A stretch of 64,000 nucleotides of DNA, from positions 5,331-69,330 of the forward strand of contig CAWKEI010000016.1 of the NCBI GenBank assembly GCA_963848695.1, written 5' to 3'. This document shows positions 40,425 through 50,784 of the stretch, in pieces. Within the stretch, counting starts at the first letter, position 1. Each line of letters starts with the position of its first letter. Made by a program: the position numbers and the translations under genes. The DNA comes from an uncultured Acidobacteriota bacterium (GTDB taxonomy: Bacteria; Actinomycetota; Acidimicrobiia; Spongiisociales; ZC4RG35). The notes under the pieces were generated by a model. That model was not told where the DNA came from, searched no databases, and saw nothing but the letters and a program-made list of their open reading frames with translations.

Positions 40425-42993
40425 ATGCCTAAGAGCCTCGTCATCGTCGAGTCCCCCACGAAGGCCCGAACCATCTCCGGATTCCTCGGACCGGACGTGG
40501 CCGTCGAGTCTTCGATGGGGCACATCCGCGACCTGCCGCGCTCGGCCGCGGAGATACCGGCGAGCGTCAAAGGCGAGGGCTGGGCACGCCTCGGAGTCAA
40601 CGTAGACGAGGATTTCCAACCGCTCTACGTGGTGCCCAAGGAGAGAAAGGACCGGGTCAAGAAGCTGAAGCAGATGCTGGCCGGAGTCGAGCAGCTCTAC
40701 CTGGCCACTGATGAGGACCGTGAAGGTGAGTCGATCGCCTGGCATCTCACCGAAGCCCTCAAGCCCAAGGTTCCCGTCCACCGCATGGTGTTTCACGAGA
40801 TCACCCAGCACGCCATCGAGGAGGCCTTCGCCAATCCTCGCGATCTGGACCTCCGTCTCGTCCAGGCCCAGGAGGCCCGCCGGATTCTCGACCGCCTGTA
40901 CGGCTACGAGGTGTCGCCTGTCTTGTGGCGGAAGGTCCAACAAGGCCTCTCGGCGGGGCGGGTGCAAAGTGTGGCGGTGCGCATCGTGGTGGAACGAGAA
41001 CGAGAGCGCATGGCCTTCCGGTCGGCGGGTTACTGGAGCCTCGAGGGTACGTTCGCTCCAGAAGACGACCTCGACAAGATCTTCGAGGCGACCCTCCTCC
41101 AGGTCGACCAGGCCCGGGTCGCCACAGGCAAGGACTTCGGAGCCGACGGCATGCCCAAAGCCGGGACGCTGGTACTCGACCAGGCCCAGGCGACGAAGCT
41201 CGCAGAGGACCTCCTCGACTCCCGATTCGAAGTCCAGTCGGTCGAGGAGAAGCCCTACCGACGCTCTCCGTATCCTCCGTTCCGTACTTCGACTCTGCAG
41301 CAGGATGCGGGCAGGAAGTTGCGTTTCTCGTCGTCGCGCACGATGTCCGTGGCTCAGCGTCTCTACGAGAACGGCTACATCACGTACATGCGGACCGACT
41401 CCACCTCGCTGGCCGAATCAGCGGTCGCCTCGGCACGCTCTCAGATAGCCAAGCTCTATGGCCAGGAGTACCTCTCTCCCAAGCCCCGCACCTACGCCTC
41501 CAAGGTAAAGGGAGCGCAGGAGGCCCATGAGGCGATTCGCCCTGCTGGAGACGACCACTTCCAGACGCCTGAGCAGGTGGCGACTCTCGTCGGGCCCGAC
41601 GAAGCCCGCCTCTACGACCTGATCTGGAAGCGAACCATCGCCTCTCAGATGGCTGACGCAGTCGGCGTCACCGTCTCGGCGCGTCTTGGGGCCGAGGCGG
41701 CCGACGGGCGTCAGGCGGTGTTCAGCACCAGCGGCCGGACCATCACCTTTCCCGGGTTCCTCAGGGCCTACGTCCAGGGATCGGATGATCCCGAGACCGA
41801 TGCCGACGACACCGAGAGGGTGCTCCCTCCGCTGGCACAGGGAGACGCCCTGGCAGTGCAGCGTCTCGAACCGACCGGGCACGAGACCCGGCCACCCGCT
41901 CGGTACACCGAGGCCTCCTTAGTGCAACGTCTCGAGGAGCTCGGGGTGGGGCGTCCATCTACCTACGCATCGATCATGACCACCATCCAGGATCGCGGCT
42001 ACGTGTGGAAGAAGGGCGCGGCCTTGGTGCCAACCTTCGTTGCCTTCGGTGTGGTGGGTCTGCTCGAGCAGCATTTCCCTCAATTGGTCGACTACAGCTT
42101 CACGGCAGCGATGGAGGACGACCTCGACCGCATCGCCGCCGGCGAGGAGGAGTCCGTCCCTTGGCTCACCCATTTCTATTTCGGTGACGAGGGGCTCAAG
42201 CACAAAGTCGCCACCCGCCTGGACGAGATCGATCCACGGGCGGTCGGCTCGATTCCCATAGGTGTGGACGAGGCCGGTAACGACGTGATCGCCAGGATCG
42301 GCCGATACGGCCCGTATGTGGAGATCGGCGAGGAGAGGGCATCGATACCGGATGACCTGCCGCCGGACGAACTCACGGTGGAGAAGGCGACCGAGCTGGT
42401 CCTGCACCAGAACGCCGGCGACAAGATCTTCGGGACCGATCCCGAATCGGGGCAAACCGTTTATGGGAAGACCGGCCGATTCGGCCCCTATATCCAGCTC
42501 GGCGAAGTCGAGGAGGGCAGCAAGGAGAAACCGAGGAGGGCGTCGTTGTTCAAGTCGATGATCCTCGACGAGCTGTCTCTGGACACCGCCCTCCGCCTGC
42601 TCTCCTTGCCCAGGACCGTTGGCGCTGACCCGGAAGGCATCGACATCGTTGCCCTCAACGGGCGATACGGCCCTTACATCCAGCGCGGCACCGACCGCCG
42701 CAGTCTCGAGAGTGAGGACCAGCTGTTCACCCTCACCGTGGACGAGGCGCTGAAGCTCCTCGCCGAGCCTCCCCGGCGAAGGGGCCAGCGTGCAGCAGGA
42801 CCGTTGAAAGAGCTCGGACCCGACCCGGTGAGTGGCAAGCCGGTGACGGTTCGGAATGGGCGCTACGGGCCCTATGTCACCGACGGCGAGGTGAACGCCT
42901 CACTTCGTCAAGGGGACTCCCCGGAATCGATCACGATCGAGCGGGCCGCCGAGCTGCTCGCGGCGAGGCCGGGAAAGGCTCGAGTCAACTTGA
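40425..42993 (+). CDS. topA: DNA topoisomerase I (actinobacterial C-terminal repeats); apparent +1 frameshift near the 3' end
   Basis: IVESPTK, ATDEDREGE, SAGRVQS, ITYMRTDS, GRYGPY repeats; removing one C at about 42969 gives ...AARRERLEST* ending 42993 (the ORF as given runs to 43142). Confidence 0.95.
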
Positions 42994-43022
42994 TTGCCGG
43001 CCGAATTCGCCCTTCGGCCAAT

Positions 43023-43077
43023 CCCCCTCCGGCCCTTCGGGCCACCTCCCCCAACGTCGCTCCGCTCCTGGGGGAGG
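43023..43077. repeat. Two-hairpin REP-like element
   Basis: CCCCCTCC-GGCCCTTCGGGCC-A-CCTCCCCCA...TGGGGGAGG between convergent topA and phoH2. Confidence 0.65.
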
Positions 43078-43083
43078 AAACGG

Positions 43084-44388
43084 CTACAGAACAGTTGCGG
43101 CCATCTCGGCCAGTGGGGACCGCACCGTCTTCTCCAGGGTGACGTGTCCGAAGAGTGACGACCCCTTGAACTTCTCGATCAGGGCGGCCATCCCCCCGAA
43201 CGGCGAGATGTAGGGATTGTCGACCTGGGTCAGGTCACCACAGAAGACGACCTTCGAGTCACGGGACATCCGGGTCAGGATGACCTTGAGGGTGGGCAAC
43301 TCGAGGTTCTGCGCCTCGTCGATGATGACGAACTCGCCGGTGATGGAGCGGCCGCGGAGGTAGGTGACCGCCGCCATCTCCAGATCACCCCGGTCGACCA
43401 ACTCCTCGATCGCGTGTTTGGCCCCGTCCACTCCGGCATCGGAGAACAGGGCGAAGAGGTTGTCGTGCACCGCCGCCATCCACGGAGCGAGCTTCTCGTT
43501 GAGGTCTCCCGGCAGGTAGCCGACCTCTTGTCGGCCGACCGCGACCAGGGGCCGGTACACCGACACCCTCCGGTAGCGGCCCAGCTCCAACACCTGTTCC
43601 AGCGCTGCGGCAAGGGCGAGGAATGTCTTCCCGGTGCCGGCCATGCCCATGAGCGACACAGCCGGGATGTCGGGATCCAGCAGTTGGTGCAGGGCAACCG
43701 TCTGACGCACGTTCTTGGGCTCGACCCCGAAGGCGCGGACATGGGTCGGGACCCTCTCGATCACGACGGTCGGCTCCGACTGGATGACCCGGGCCAGGGC
43801 TGATCGGGAGGCCCCGGAGCGGAGCAGGACGAATTGGTTCACCATTGCCTCGGCGTGGTCGAGGGTGATCTTCCCCTCGTCGAACAACCGGTCGATGGTC
43901 TCCCCGTCGGTGGCGTGCTCGACGAGCCCGGATTGGAGCTGCTCGACCGGCACGGTGTCGGCTCGATAGTCCTGAACCGGGACGCCGAGCTGGGCGCCCT
44001 TGATGCGGAGCGAGGCGTCTTTGGTGACCAGGACCGCCGGCGAGCGCTCGTGAAGGTTGAGGCAGGTGGCGAGGATCCGATGATCCGGGGTCAGCGGGTC
44101 GAGCACCGCCGGGAGCCGCTCGGACACGACGCCGTTCAGCTCGATCCTCAGTGTGCCTCCGCCGGGAAGTCCCACCGCGTCCCGCAAGCCACCAGAGCGC
44201 GATGCACCGAGCTCCTCGAGGAGGCGGATCGCCGCCCTCGCGTTGCTCCCGACCTCGTCCATACGGGTCTTCTTCCGGTCCAGCTCCTCCACCACTACGA
44301 GCGGCAGCACAACGTCGTGTTCATCGAATCGGAGAGGAGATTGGGGGTCGGCGAGCAGTACACAGGTGTCGAGGACGTAGGTGGCCAC
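43084..44388 (-). CDS. PhoH2 (PIN-PhoH) ATPase/RNA helicase-RNase
   Basis: YVLDTCVLL, VVEELD, LVTKD (PIN); GMAGTGKT, YLRGRS, DEAQN, GDLTQVD. Confidence 0.92.
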   Translation of the reverse strand: MATYVLDTCVLLADPQSPLRFDEHDVVLPLVVVEELDRKKTRMDEVGSNARAAIRLLEELGASRSGGLRDAVGLPGGGTLRIELNGVVSERLPAVLDPLTPDHRILATCLNLHERSPAVLVTKDASLRIKGAQLGVPVQDYRADTVPVEQLQSGLVEHATDGETIDRLFDEGKITLDHAEAMVNQFVLLRSGASRSALARVIQSEPTVVIERVPTHVRAFGVEPKNVRQTVALHQLLDPDIPAVSLMGMAGTGKTFLALAAALEQVLELGRYRRVSVYRPLVAVGRQEVGYLPGDLNEKLAPWMAAVHDNLFALFSDAGVDGAKHAIEELVDRGDLEMAAVTYLRGRSITGEFVIIDEAQNLELPTLKVILTRMSRDSKVVFCGDLTQVDNPYISPFGGMAALIEKFKGSSLFGHVTLEKTVRSPLAEMAATVL

Positions 44389-44467
44389 CTGATCGGTCTC
44401 CTTAGAGGTCGTCGCCAAGGACCACAGCTTCCTGAACCTCGAGGCGAAATACAAGGATCGCCGCTGA

Positions 44468-44890
44468 TCAGTCGGTGGTACCCACCTTGAACACCGGGAA
44501 CATCGATGCCCTGGCTGCGAAATCATCGACGGTCGGGCTCGCGGGGACGTCCATGTATTGGCGGGCGTAGCTCTCCCGCTCGTAATAGGCGGCCACGACC
44601 GGCGCTGCCTCCGCTGCAGGGGTCTCCTCCAGACGAACCCGTCTCTCCTTAGGCCCATGGCGCAGCGTCGCGGTCGGATCGGCCCGCACGTTGCGCACCC
44701 ACGAGACCTCACCGTACGGCGACACGACGTATTCGGACCCGTCGATCTCGATAGGGCTGACCGGCACGTCGCGCTTCTGGCCGCTCTTCCGCCCGGTGGT
44801 GCTCAGCAGCTGGGTCTTGCCCATCCCCCTCCTGGCCATCCAAGACATGAGCCGGTTGAGGTTCTGGGGCGCCTGGTATTGCTTGGCCAT
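44468..44890 (-). CDS. Deazaflavin (F420)-dependent nitroreductase family protein
   Basis: LLSTTGRKSGQKR.VP, WVRNVRADP, PVF. Confidence 0.85.
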   Translation of the reverse strand: MAKQYQAPQNLNRLMSWMARRGMGKTQLLSTTGRKSGQKRDVPVSPIEIDGSEYVVSPYGEVSWVRNVRADPTATLRHGPKERRVRLEETPAAEAAPVVAAYYERESYARQYMDVPASPTVDDFAARASMFPVFKVGTTD

Positions 44891-44907
44891 GCCCGAAAGC
44901 TACCCGG

Positions 44908-46635
44908 TCAACGTCGCCGAGACACCCACGCCATGAACTCGTCCAACGGCTTGGCGTTGACCACGCGGTCGGTTGTCACCCACCCCCTCTGGGCATAGCT
45001 GACCCCGTATCCCATCCGGACCAGATCGCTGGTGTGATGGGAATCGGTGTCGATGGCGAAGTCGACATCGCGAGCCATTGCCCGGCGGACGACCTCGGAG
45101 GTGGCATCGAGCCGATCGAGTGCCCCGTTTATCTCGAGGGCCACCCCGGTCACTTCGAGTGCCTCGAGGACAACATCGATGTCGAGCTCCACCCCCGGTC
45201 GCCGACCCACATAGCGCCCGCTGAGATGGCCAATGGCGTTGACCGACGGGTCGTGGAGAGCACCGAGAATTCTCGCCGTCTGCCGATCCTGGGACAGATC
45301 GAAGTGGGAATGGATGGAGGCAACGCAATAGTCGAATTCGAGCCGGAAGTCGGCGTCGTAGTCGAGGTCGCCGTCGGGGCCGATGTTGAGCTCACAGCCG
45401 AAGAGGAGTCGGATGTCTTGGTACTTGTCCTGGAGCTGACGAATCTGGTCGCGGTGCTCGAGCATGACCTCCTGGGACGATCCGTTGATCGACAGGTCCT
45501 CCCCGTGGTCGGTGAAGGCGACGTACTCATATCCACGGGACAGCGCTGCCTCGATCATGTCCTCGAGACTCGACCTACCGTCGCCGGAGCGGTCGGAGTG
45601 ATAGTGGAGGTCACCCCGGATCTGGGACAGCTCGATGAGCGCGGGCAATGCGCGATTTGCAGCCGCCTCCACCTCACCCGTTCCCTCCCGGAGCGGCGGC
45701 GGCACCGGGTCCATGTCCAGCGCTTTGTAGATCTCATCCTCCGTCGCCGAGACGATCACTTTCTTGTCCTCGAATAGCCCGTACTCGCTGAGCAGCCAGT
45801 CACGGTCGATGGCCCGTTGCCGCAGGGCGATGTTGTGAGCCTTGGACCCGGTGAAGTAGAGAAGCGCCGAGCCCAGCTGGTCAGGCTCGACCGTGCGAAC
45901 GTCGACCTGCATCCCCTCACGGGTCAGGAACGAGGTCTTGGTGCCACCGGAGCCGATCATCTCCGCTGCCTCTGGCAGGCCGGCGACGAATGCGGAGACA
46001 GCCGCAGCATCGGTGGTGGCGACCACGATGTCGATGTCCCCCACAGTGTCCGAGAAACGACGGATGGAGCCACATGGTTCGGCCTTCACCACCGATTCGA
46101 GGTCCGCGATTCGTGCCGCCAGCGACCGGGCGAGCGGGAGAGCCTCCACCAGCGCTGTCCGCCGGTCCTTGCCGTGCAGACCGAGACGCTCGATCGACTT
46201 GGCGATCTTCTCCTCGGACGTTTTGCCCAGACCGGGCAGCTCCCGCAACTGCTCCGCAGCGATGGCTCCACGAAGCCCATCGACGTCCTCGACACCAAGC
46301 TCGGCACGGATGAGTTTGAGGGTCTTCGGGCCGAGTCCGGGGATCTTGGTGAGCTCCACAAAGGCAGGTGGGTACTTCTCTCGAAGAGAGTCGAGCTTGG
46401 CCACCGAGCCGGTGCTCATGAACTCGAGGATCTTGTCGGCAGTGGAGCCCCCCACCCCCTTGATCTCAGTCAACTCCTTCTTGCTGAGACCGGTCAGCTC
46501 GCCCTCAAATCCCTCGATGCCGTGGAGAGCAGTCTCATAGGCCCGCACCCGGAATGCCTGTGGGCTCCCCTCGTCCAGCGCAGTGAGCTTGGCCAACTCG
46601 GCAAGCATGCGGAGTACCTCAAGACGGGTGGCCAT
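44908..46635 (-). CDS. polX: DNA polymerase X with a PHP exonuclease domain
   Basis: HhH repeats, GSIRR...GDIDIV, QVDVR, YFTGSKAHN; PHP HYH, TDH, DTDSHH. Confidence 0.93.
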   Translation of the reverse strand: MATRLEVLRMLAELAKLTALDEGSPQAFRVRAYETALHGIEGFEGELTGLSKKELTEIKGVGGSTADKILEFMSTGSVAKLDSLREKYPPAFVELTKIPGLGPKTLKLIRAELGVEDVDGLRGAIAAEQLRELPGLGKTSEEKIAKSIERLGLHGKDRRTALVEALPLARSLAARIADLESVVKAEPCGSIRRFSDTVGDIDIVVATTDAAAVSAFVAGLPEAAEMIGSGGTKTSFLTREGMQVDVRTVEPDQLGSALLYFTGSKAHNIALRQRAIDRDWLLSEYGLFEDKKVIVSATEDEIYKALDMDPVPPPLREGTGEVEAAANRALPALIELSQIRGDLHYHSDRSGDGRSSLEDMIEAALSRGYEYVAFTDHGEDLSINGSSQEVMLEHRDQIRQLQDKYQDIRLLFGCELNIGPDGDLDYDADFRLEFDYCVASIHSHFDLSQDRQTARILGALHDPSVNAIGHLSGRYVGRRPGVELDIDVVLEALEVTGVALEINGALDRLDATSEVVRRAMARDVDFAIDTDSHHTSDLVRMGYGVSYAQRGWVTTDRVVNAKPLDEFMAWVSRRR

Positions 46636-46645
46636 TCGTCGGAGC

Positions 46646-47140
46646 CTATTCCTGACCTGGGTCGTCAACCAGGGGAGCCAGAGCCCCGCCGGTCAGCTCG
46701 AGAATTGTCCGCGGAGACACCTCCAACTGCAGGCCTCTCATCCCACCGGAAACGGCGACGGTCTGATGATTGACGGCCGAGGAATCGAGGATCAGCCGGT
46801 GCCGTTTGCGTTGACCGAACGGGCTTATCCCACCGATGACGTAACCGGTCTCGCGTTCGGCCACCGCTGTTGATGCCAGTGAGCAGTGTTTGCCGCCCAG
46901 AGCCCGGGCCAGGTTTTTTGTCGACAGTCGCCGGTCGACCGGGATCACCGCAACTACTGGCTCGCCGTCGAGTTCGGCCACGAGGGTCTTGAACACTCGG
47001 GCGGGGTCCATCCCGATCGCCGCTGCCACGGCCTCTCCATACCCCTGCCCAACCTTCTCCGCCACTGCAAACCTGTGGGCCTGATAGACCGCGCCCGCCT
47101 CGTCCAGGGCGCCGGTGGCCCTCGTCGCTCCCGCGGCCAT
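46646..47140 (-). CDS. ybaK: YbaK Cys-tRNA(Pro) deacylase
   Basis: VFKTLV, TGYVIGGISPFGQ, VSGG.RGLQLE. Confidence 0.9.
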   Translation of the reverse strand: MAAGATRATGALDEAGAVYQAHRFAVAEKVGQGYGEAVAAAIGMDPARVFKTLVAELDGEPVVAVIPVDRRLSTKNLARALGGKHCSLASTAVAERETGYVIGGISPFGQRKRHRLILDSSAVNHQTVAVSGGMRGLQLEVSPRTILELTGGALAPLVDDPGQE

Positions 47141-47143
47141 AGC

Positions 47144-47521
47144 TCAGTAGCGCTCTACCAGGTGTTCACGGCCGGGCGGCGGCTCGTACGGCTCGGGCCA
47201 GAAGTCCGTGACGGAATCGATCAGCCCGTCGGAGAACGTGAAGAAAGCCATACCGTCGGCAGGATCGGCCCCATCGAGCTCCCAGCCGAACCAGACGACG
47301 CCATTGACGTCATCAGCGATGGCCACCCGCAGATGGAGATGCCAGTCCCCGGGATATTCCTGATTGAAATGGAGATACCGCTCCCGGCCCCTGATCCGCT
47401 CCCTGGTCTGGGGGACCTCGTAGACGACATCGGGATCCAGGAGGTCGGCCCATGACCCCCAATCGCGGTTCTCCAGCGTCTCGATGAATCGAGTCAACAG
47501 TTCTCGGTTGTCGTCGGTCAT
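47144..47521 (-). CDS. NTF2/SnoaL-like protein
   Basis: DW......L..DVVYE.PQTRERIRGR, DFWPEPYEPP. Confidence 0.85.
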   Translation of the reverse strand: MTDDNRELLTRFIETLENRDWGSWADLLDPDVVYEVPQTRERIRGRERYLHFNQEYPGDWHLHLRVAIADDVNGVVWFGWELDGADPADGMAFFTFSDGLIDSVTDFWPEPYEPPPGREHLVERY

Positions 47522-47552
47522 GGCAGAACGGACGCTAACTCGATCTGATGAC

Positions 47553-47939
47553 TCATCTCCCCAGCCACACTCGTGGCTCGAACTCCGCCCTGGCTGTGCG
47601 ACCGACCAGCACCTCGCCGAACATCGGGATGTTCGCCTCGAGAGCAACCGTGACCGCCACAACCCGTGGCCTGAGTGTCCGATCGATCGGACACACGCAA
47701 CTGACGAGACGTGCCCCATTGCGCGAAGCGAAATCGGCGGCCATGCCCTCGGGCTCATCCGACCCTGTCGGTGGGTAGGTGGCGACTGCGGCGGCCAACG
47801 CGGCCGCCTCGGCGGCCGTGGCAGCCTGCTCTCGGGCATCGAACAAGACGCCGAGAGCTGCGGTGGCGACCCCGATGGTGGCGACCAGGGCGCAGAGGGC
47901 GATCATCAAGATCGTCATGGCGCCCCGCTCGCCCGTCAT
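47553..47939 (-). CDS. Rv3654c-like TadE/TadG pseudopilin
   Basis: ERG followed by a hydrophobic helix, A..AAEAAALAAA, NGARLV.C. Confidence 0.8.
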   Translation of the reverse strand: MTGERGAMTILMIALCALVATIGVATAALGVLFDAREQAATAAEAAALAAAVATYPPTGSDEPEGMAADFASRNGARLVSCVCPIDRTLRPRVVAVTVALEANIPMFGEVLVGRTARAEFEPRVWLGR

Positions 47940-48319
47940 CTCTCGGTTCGCATCGTCGCTCTCGCCGACAGGTCGACGCCAATACTGGACGGGAACGGCT
48001 GGCCCAAGGCGTGACGCATCGACACTGTCACGGTCGCGACCGCCCCGACCCGGGATGGTCTCTCCACGGAGACCCGGGCGTGGTCACGCATCGCTGGTGT
48101 CAACGAGGCCAGCACCGCCTCGACAGCCTTGGCCGGATCAGGCGTCGTCGCTGCCACCCGGGCCCCTTCCCGGACCGCCCCTTGCAGCTCGATCCGGGCT
48201 CTGGCGACTCCGATCAACTGGATCGAAGCCACAACGACGAGGATGGCAATGGGAAGGACGAGGAATAGTTCCACGGTCGCCGAACCGCGCTCCTCACTCA
48301 GAATCGCCCCGCCACCCAA
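47936..48319 (-). CDS. TadE-like pseudopilin
   Basis: ERGSATVELFLVLP, AVREGARVAA; true start likely near 48301. Confidence 0.85.
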   Translation of the reverse strand: MGGGAILSEERGSATVELFLVLPIAILVVVASIQLIGVARARIELQGAVREGARVAATTPDPAKAVEAVLASLTPAMRDHARVSVERPSRVGAVATVTVSMRHALGQPFPSSIGVDLSARATMRTER

Positions 48320-48489
48320 TCGATCACCTTTCCAAACAGGCTTCCCAGGAGACCGCCGCCGCTACCCGACTGCAGCCATTTCAGAGCGATCACTGCCAAC
48401 GCAGTGGCCGCCAGGATCACCAGGAAGTACTCAACCGTCCCCTGTCCGCGCTCGTCGCGGCTCGCCAACCAGGCGAATATCCGTGCCAT
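48298..48489 (-). CDS. Flp-type pilin (DUF4244-like)
   Basis: DERG|QGTVEY followed by a hydrophobic helix; SD AAGGAGAGG. Confidence 0.85.
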   Translation of the reverse strand: MARIFAWLASRDERGQGTVEYFLVILAATALAVIALKWLQSGSGGGLLGSLFGKVIDWVAGRF

Positions 48490-48557
48490 TTCCTCTCCTT
48501 CTCATCCGGTTGCCGACCGGTGCGGGGAGAAGTGCGGATCTCACGACCATGTGAATC

Positions 48558-49097
48558 TCATAGCAGGGGCCCCGAGAGCTCCTCGAAGAGCTTGAGCAGC
48601 GATGGTGCGTAGAGGAGCAGGACGAGACCGGGAAGCAGCAGCAGGGTGATCGGAAGCATCAAACGCACCGGCAGTGCGCGTGATCGGGCCACCCGTCTCG
48701 CCTTCTCGGCCGCGATATCCGCCTCGATCATCGACCGGACGGTCTCACCAACCGCTGCACCGGATCGCTGGGCCCGGGCCAGCTGCGAGAGGACACTCTT
48801 CACATCGCCGCTCATGAGGAGGGCTGCCTGAGTGAGGCCGGAGATGGTGGCCACGCGGGCCGCGCGAACCAGTTCGTGATCACCCGGGAACGCGGTCGCA
48901 GCGGTTTGCAGCGCCCCGAGGACTGATCGTCCCGAACGAAGCTCGATGAGTAGGACGATCAGGATCGAGCGGAGGTGGGAAGGCGGCCGGCGGAATCTGT
49001 GACGGAGGCGCCAGCCGCCGTAGAACGAGGCGGCAAGGAAGGCGCCCATCGGCCCGGCCACGACCAGCCCGATCGAGCCCGCGATCAATGCGCTCAT
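48558..49097 (-). CDS. TadC / type II secretion F family protein
   Basis: IELRSG, RSGA, LPVRLMLPITLLLLPG. Confidence 0.8.
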   Translation of the reverse strand: MSALIAGSIGLVVAGPMGAFLAASFYGGWRLRHRFRRPPSHLRSILIVLLIELRSGRSVLGALQTAATAFPGDHELVRAARVATISGLTQAALLMSGDVKSVLSQLARAQRSGAAVGETVRSMIEADIAAEKARRVARSRALPVRLMLPITLLLLPGLVLLLYAPSLLKLFEELSGPLL

Positions 49098-49735
49098 CTG
49101 GCTCTCCGCAGGATGACGATGGAGACGCAGAGGCCTGCTCCGACCAGGGCCAGCCCGAGCATCACAGCCGCTCTCTGCGTGGGCTGTCGGACAAAAGGCT
49201 CGAGACCGCCCCGCCTCAGAGCCCACGCGATCGCGACGACGGGTGCGATGAGGAGGACTGCGCCGGTCGCTCTCGCCGGGGCTGAGGCGATCGAAACCTC
49301 GTGAGCCAGTTCCACTTGGGCGATCGCCAGCCCTCCGATCTCATCGAAGAGCGCTGCCGGGGACACACCCAAGTCGTCGGCACGGGCCAAGAGAGCTTTG
49401 AGCTCCGGGCCTATCTCACCGAACTCAGCGCCGGCCGCGAGGGCTATCTCCGCCATGGACGCTCCCTCCCGGCACCTGGTGACGATCTCGGACGCCTCCA
49501 CCGATACCCCAGCTCGCTCCAGCGACGCCCGCAACGTTGCCCCGGCGCGGAGCTCGGTCGAGACCGCTTCACAGAACCTCACCGCCCGCATCGAAAGACC
49601 AGGGCGGGCCCGCCACCAATGCAGGGCGATGACGCTGATCATCGGTACTGGGGCGATGAGTGTCAGAGCGAGGATGAGGAGACGGCGCCACTCGATTCCC
49701 GCAGCCACGCCGAATGCGACGAGCACCCAGGTCAC
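49094..49735 (-). CDS. TadB / type II secretion F family protein
   Basis: ELRAGA, A.ARATGAVL, C-terminal TM helices. Confidence 0.8.
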   Translation of the reverse strand: MTWVLVAFGVAAGIEWRRLLILALTLIAPVPMISVIALHWWRARPGLSMRAVRFCEAVSTELRAGATLRASLERAGVSVEASEIVTRCREGASMAEIALAAGAEFGEIGPELKALLARADDLGVSPAALFDEIGGLAIAQVELAHEVSIASAPARATGAVLLIAPVVAIAWALRRGGLEPFVRQPTQRAAVMLGLALVGAGLCVSIVILRRAR

Positions 49736-50784
49736 AGCCCACCCTCGACGCCCTCATCGACGACTACCGACATCTGTGAGATGAGGCGAGTGCCCTGGTC
49801 TCGGTCCATCTGGACCACGATGTCGATCGCAGCATGCAGTTGCCGCCTGACTGCGAGCTCAGAGGTATCGCCGGCGGACAGGGCGAGCGTCTCCAGCCTC
49901 CACAGGGCCTCCTGCGGACTGTTGGCATGGATGGTCGACATCGAGCCCCGATGACCGGTGTTCAAGGCCCAAATCAAATCGAGTGCTTCCGCTCCCCGCA
50001 CCTCGCCGACGATCAGCCGATCGGGCCGGAGGCGGAGAGCCGAGCGGAGGAGCTGGCGAATGGTGATCTCCCCGATGCCCTCGGCGTTGGGTGGATGAGC
50101 CTCGAGCCGCACTCGGTGGCCGGGGATGCTGAGCTCGGCAGCATCCTCGATGGTCACCACCCTCTCGTCGAGTGGAATGAGGCCGGCAAGGAGGTTGAGG
50201 AGGGTCGTCTTTCCCGTTCCGGTTCCGCCGGAGACGAGCACCGTCTTTCTGTCCACCACTGCTTCGGTCAGGGTCCGGACCTGCTCCTGCGACGCCGTAC
50301 CCACTGACACGAGCTCATCCAGGGAGCTCACAGCCTGAGTGAACCGACGGATTGCGATGGTCGGGTGGTCGACCGCAGCAGGCGGCACGACCACGTGGAT
50401 CCGGCTGCCATCACTCAGGCGTCCGTCCACCATCGGCGAGGCACGATCCACTCTGAGGCCAAGAGGCGCGATCACCCGCTCGACGACGGCGTAGAGATCT
50501 CCATCGCCGGCAAAACGCGCTTCGACCCGGGAGAGGGCGCCACCACGGTCGACCCAGATGTCATCCGGCCCGTTGACCAGGATGTCGGTCACCAATGGGT
50601 CGGCGAGCAGCGGCTCGAGCGGGCCCAAGCCGAGCACCCGGTCGGCGATGCCACTGGCCCACGATCCGGAGTGACGGGGCGAGGCGATCGACAACAGGCG
50701 CTCGGCCTCGGAGGCGACCTCGGAGCGCCGCAGCGGTACTGGGCCGGCCGCAATGTCGCTGATGACCCGCTCGATCACCCCCAT
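49732..50784 (-). CDS. TadA/CpaF pilus assembly ATPase
   Basis: GLGPLEPLL.DP.VTDILVNG, GGTGTGKTT, TIEDAAEL, LRLRPDRLIVGEVRG, NTGH.GSMST.HAN. Confidence 0.95.
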   Translation of the reverse strand: MGVIERVISDIAAGPVPLRRSEVASEAERLLSIASPRHSGSWASGIADRVLGLGPLEPLLADPLVTDILVNGPDDIWVDRGGALSRVEARFAGDGDLYAVVERVIAPLGLRVDRASPMVDGRLSDGSRIHVVVPPAAVDHPTIAIRRFTQAVSSLDELVSVGTASQEQVRTLTEAVVDRKTVLVSGGTGTGKTTLLNLLAGLIPLDERVVTIEDAAELSIPGHRVRLEAHPPNAEGIGEITIRQLLRSALRLRPDRLIVGEVRGAEALDLIWALNTGHRGSMSTIHANSPQEALWRLETLALSAGDTSELAVRRQLHAAIDIVVQMDRDQGTRLISQMSVVVDEGVEGGL

